Source of the DNA: Octopus bimaculoides
Taxonomy: Eukaryota
Direction: 5' to 3'
DNA: 64,000 nucleotides
Assembly: GCF_001194135.2 (NCBI RefSeq)
Contig: NC_069001.1
Location: 33,113,158-33,177,157 of the forward strand
Position 1 is the first letter of the stretch, and the number at the start of each line of letters is the position of its first letter. The position numbers and the translations under genes are program-made. The notes beneath the pieces were generated by a model. It was not told where the DNA came from, ran no database searches, and saw nothing but the letters and a program-made list of their open reading frames with translations. Positions 26,081 to 64,000 of this stretch are shown here, piece after piece.

Positions 26081-26081
<1 letters not shown>
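24813..26081 (-). mobile_element. Head-to-tail cluster of ~5 SINE family A copies, mostly separated by (AAT)n
   Basis: Copies at about 24813-25030, 25093-25310, 25311-25515, 25665-25850 and 25845-26081, all in the same orientation. Confidence 0.85.

Positions 26082-26131
<50 letters not shown>
26082..26131. repeat. (AAT)n microsatellite
   Basis: Near-perfect trinucleotide run. Confidence 0.95.
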
Positions 26132-26134
<3 letters not shown>

Positions 26135-26929
26135 TTAGCAAGTAAGGCACATTAGTGGAGAGAAATATTCTCCAATCCCAACAATTCCAAACACAAAAAA
26201 TTCTTAAAATTTTGCCATAAAATAAAAAAATTCTACCATTTTACAAGGTGTGTATTTATATTTGTCTTTTTTGTTTATTGCAAAACAGGAATGATAGAAG
26301 AAATGGGAAGTTGTCATGTTTTATGCTTCACCCAAGGAATATTTTTATTTTTTTAATTAAAAGAAAGCAGTTTGCCACAACAAGGAATTCAAAATGTTGT
26401 AGAATTGGTTCTTATAGAAACCAGAGTAAAAGAATGATTTCCAAAGTAAGGAAAAGTTTAAATTAGGGTTCCACCATGAACTTTCTTGAATAGTAAGCTT
26501 GTTTTTAATTTTAAGAATTTCTTTTATTGATGGGCAACATTAACAGTAATTAGTTTTTATTAATGTTAAGTAATGGTAATAATTTCTTTTTATTACTGAT
26601 AACCATTAATGTTAACTTTATGAAGGATAAGTAGTAATGGCAATCATTTTTATTAACATTAACAAATAATGTTAACTATCTTTGCAAAGGATAACTAGTA
26701 ATGTTAACTAGTTTTATTAACCATAATCATCGCAAACAGTAAAATGTTTATTTTTTAAACATAAAAGGTTTTAAATTCTGGTGTCTTCAGGTTAGGGGTT
26801 GGGTATTGTTGATTAAAATGTCAGGTTGGAGCTGGTGGAAATATGAATTTCCAGAACAGGTGAATTAGTCTCTAATTTGGTCATAAATCATTGCAACTCT
26901 CAGTTTGTAAAGATATTCTAACTTCTTGG

Positions 26930-27320
26930 CAATTGATAGGCTCAGCAGAGTATTGAGCATCCTGTGGGAGAGATGAGGAGACAGCAATAGCTGCTGTCTA
27001 ATATATACATGACATTCATAAGACAAAGGCAAATGAGGGAGTCTCTGTATCATTGTTAGACTTGCTAGAAATAGAAGTCAAAGGCTGTCTACATACACAT
27101 GACATTCACAAGACAGAATTAGTCTTAATATCATTGCTAGACCTGCTACATATAAAAGTTAAAGTCCCCTAAAATTACATGCTACTGTTTTTTTTTTTAA
27201 ATAAAGTATAAAAAGAAGAGTAGTATTCATTAATATTCGATATACAAGATGAGATGGTCCTGACTGCAATGCCTTTGATCATAAGTTGACCAATTAAAGC
27301 TGACCTAGGCTACACAATAA
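26930..27320 (+). mobile_element. Interspersed repeat family E (CTGCTAGAAATAGCAGCCAAATC-type motif), with an internal ~85-bp degenerate duplication
   Basis: Related segments at ~23130-23230, 24000-24190(-), 32940-33090, 47320-47590(-), 48860-49030 and 54840-55040. Confidence 0.5.
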
Positions 27321-28816
27321 CACAGAGATGCATTCAAACACACACACACACACAAAAAGAAAAATTAAATGCAAAGAGAGGGTTGATAAGTGACCCTGAG
27401 GAAGATAGCAAACCTTAATTGAAGAAAGAAAGACCAGAAAGTGGTAGGGATTTATGCAGCAACCTATACTGTGGTAGTAAACTGGATGATGATGATGATG
27501 GCAGAAACCATGGTAACTTAATGTTAGGTTCTATTCATTAAAAATTGTCCTTTACAAAATACAATTTGCTGAGATGTTAACAGCAAGTTTTTTTTTGGCG
27601 GGGGGGGGAGGTTCTTTAATATTCCTTATTTCACTCTAGGATTAAACTGATGAAAATACGGTGAAAAACCTTCCATTTCCAAAGATGAGATTTATAGTAA
27701 TAAAAACGACAATCCTATTAAAGTGCTTAGAAAGCCAGAAACTATTAAACATATTCTCGCTAATCTATTTGGAAGTAAAATGGTAGAATTTCTTGTTGGG
27801 CACCTCTGTTATAGAAAATATTACTAAATCAATATTTTCTATTTAATAAAAAAAAAAAATAAATANNNNNNNNNNNNNNNNNNNNNNNNNNNNNNNNNNN
27901 NNNNNNNNNNNNNNNNNNNNNNNNNNNNNNNNNNNNNNNNNNNNNNNNNNNNNNNNNNNNNNNNNNNNNNNNNNNNNNNNNNNNNNNNNNNNNNNNNNNN
28001 NNNNNNNNNNNNNNNNNNNNNNNNNNNNNNNNNNNNNNNNNNNNNNNNNNNNNNNNNNNNNNNNNNNNNNNNNNNNNNNNNNNNNNNNNNNNNNNNNNNN
28101 NNNNNNNNNNNNNNNNNNNNNNNNNNNNNNNNNNNNNNNNNNNNNNNNNNNNNNNNNNNNNNNNNNNNNNNNNNNNNNNNNNNNNNNNNNNNNNNNNNNN
28201 NNNNNNNNNNNNNNNNNNNNNNNNNNNNNNNNNNNNNNNNNNNNNNNNNNNNNNNNNNNNNNNNNNNNNNNNNNNNNNNNNNNNNNNNNNNNNNNNNNNN
28301 NNNNNNNNNNNNNNNNNNNNNNNNNNNNNNNNNNNNNNNNNNNNNNNNNNNNNNNNNNNNNNNNNNNNNNNNNNNNNNNNNNNNNNNNNNNNNNNNNNNN
28401 NNNNNNNNNNNNNNNNNNNNNNNNNNNNNNNNNNNNNNNNNNNNNNNNNNNNNNNNNNNNNNNNNNNNNNNNNNNNNNNNNNNNNNNNNNNNNNNNNNNN
28501 NNNNNNNNNNNNNNNNNNNNNNNNNNNNNNNNNNNNNNNNNNNNNNNNNNNNNNNNNNNNNNNNNNNNNNNNNNNNNNNNNNNNNNNNNNNNNNNNNNNN
28601 NNNNNNNNNNNNNNNNNNNNNNNNNNNNNNNNNNNNNNNNNNNNNNNNNNNNNNNNNNNNNNNNNNNNNNNNNNNNNNNNNNNNNNNNNNNNNNNNNNNN
28701 NNNNNNNNNNNNNNNNNNNNNNNNNNNNNNNNNNNNNNNNNNNNNNNNNNNNNNNNNNNNNNNNNNNNNNNNNNNNNNNNNNNNNNNNNNNNNNNNNNNN
28801 NNNNNNNNNNNNNNNN

Positions 28817-29067
28817 GAGAGTTAAGAGTTTTGTTAGGTTTAAAAAAAGGGTTAAAAGTTTGTGTTAAGCAGGAAATGTGGTGTCAAAACAGGAAGTGTG
28901 TGTAAGGGGAGACAAATGTTTTTAGTTGGAGTTAACTCCAAAGAGTTCATAACTCCAACTAAAAACATTTGTCTCCCCTTACACACACTTCCTGTTTTGA
29001 CACCACATTTCCTGCTTAACACAAACTTTTAACCCTTTTTTTAAACCTAACAAAACTCTCAACTCTC
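28817..29067. repeat. 118-bp inverted repeat (palindrome) with a 15-nt spacer, abutting an assembly gap
   Basis: 28817-28934 is the reverse complement of 28950-29067 with one mismatch. Confidence 0.95.
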
Positions 29068-30330
29068 ATGCATCCTTATTTTGCCTACCATTATATACAT
29101 GAACTATTATTGAACTTCAAAAGCTCAGACAATATAATGTATGGGTAAATTTATTTTTTTATATATTATTGTTTTATACATTATTTTCTTCATTTTATAC
29201 TTCTTTGTAAAAAACATTTTCATTCTCCTTCTTGATAATTTGCTTTCGCAATGAAAACCGGTTAGAAATCTTTATTAAAATATGCTTCCAGTTTAGCATT
29301 CTGCCTTTTTTTTCATTTTCCTATTATTTCTCCACGTGCGGTTAACACAACCCCACTATTTACTGACATATATATATATATCTTTGCAGTGCTAATGTCC
29401 ATTCTATGATATTTCTTACTTTAAACAGTTTAAGCACTGCATGTGTGTGTGTTACTATTCACTCCTTCATTTTACTAAATGAAAAGGTACAAACTAAAGG
29501 AGCCAATAAAGAGAGTTGGCTTAGCAGAGGAGATGCAAGAGGTTTTTTGTTCACAGTATTGTGTCCCTTAGCAAAAGCCATTTAACGTTCAATGGATTAA
29601 TTCTTCTAAATCAAAACAGATACCATGAGGAGGTGCAAGAAAATCGTAAAACAGATAAGTGCTTTTTTTTTAATTACTTTCTATTAGTGAATTTAAATCC
29701 TCCTTTAAGGTAGGGGACAAATGGATGGGTGAGGAGGGACCTTCAATATTGTCCTAATATCATAATGTATCATTTTTCAATAAATTACTATCTTTTAGAA
29801 CACTCTGTACTTTATACTGGAATGTTAAAAATCCACATATTGCTTTAAAATTGTTCAGTAACAAGAGTCATGATGAAGTTTTGTTACGTACAAGCTGGAT
29901 AATGCAATGACTGAATACAAAAATATATCTTTGTAATGTGTGTGTGTGTGTGTGTATGTGTGTGTGTTACAATAATGATGATACTGATATATTTATATAT
30001 TTATATATTTATATATATATATACATTGAAAAGGTTGTGGAATTTCATTAAAAATTCAACCAAAACTTGGTTCCCATTTTTTTTTTTTTTTGCTAATATT
30101 ACAATTCTTGATGTGGAAGAACAAAAAAAAGAAAAAATGGAAAATGGAATAAACTCTAAAGCAAGAAAAATATCCTTAACCTACATTGTTACTATATGAG
30201 ACATTAAATCAGAATAAAAGAAAATGAAAACCAATGAAATAGTATGATATAAAAGAGAGAATAATAATAATAATAATAATAATAATTCACAGCCATTATT
30301 TATAGAAACTAATTCCTTTGATGACTTGTG

Positions 30331-64000
<33,670 letters not shown>

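Overview
Eukaryotic (metazoan), AT-rich, repeat-dense genomic DNA with scaffold gaps. The SINE, RTE and microsatellite landscape resembles an octopus or other coleoid cephalopod assembly (inference from pattern recognition, no search run). There are three zones. (1) 1-16492 is a CpG-dense satellite built from CGTA/CGAA tetramers, with a recurrent ~27-30 bp box, kb-scale higher-order repeats and a strand inversion at ~2720; all ORFs there are spurious. (2) 16593-30300 is intergenic and full of transposon debris. It includes a 941-bp internally deleted Ty3/Gypsy element (482-bp LTR, tRNA-Pro PBS, protease fragment, 17-bp LTR end, ATAT TSD). Its PBS runs on into an almost complete reverse copy of mature tRNA-Pro, with changes exactly at positions 58 and 37. 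(3) 30331-64000 holds the 3' part of a minus-strand phospholipase D1-like gene. I traced 19 GT-AG exons by hand; they join in one frame (2731 nt, ~909 aa), carry both HKD motifs and a ~320-aa loop, and end in ...VLWT-stop. The PX/PH-encoding 5' part lies beyond the window. Repeat coordinates are approximate; exon coordinates were read base by base.
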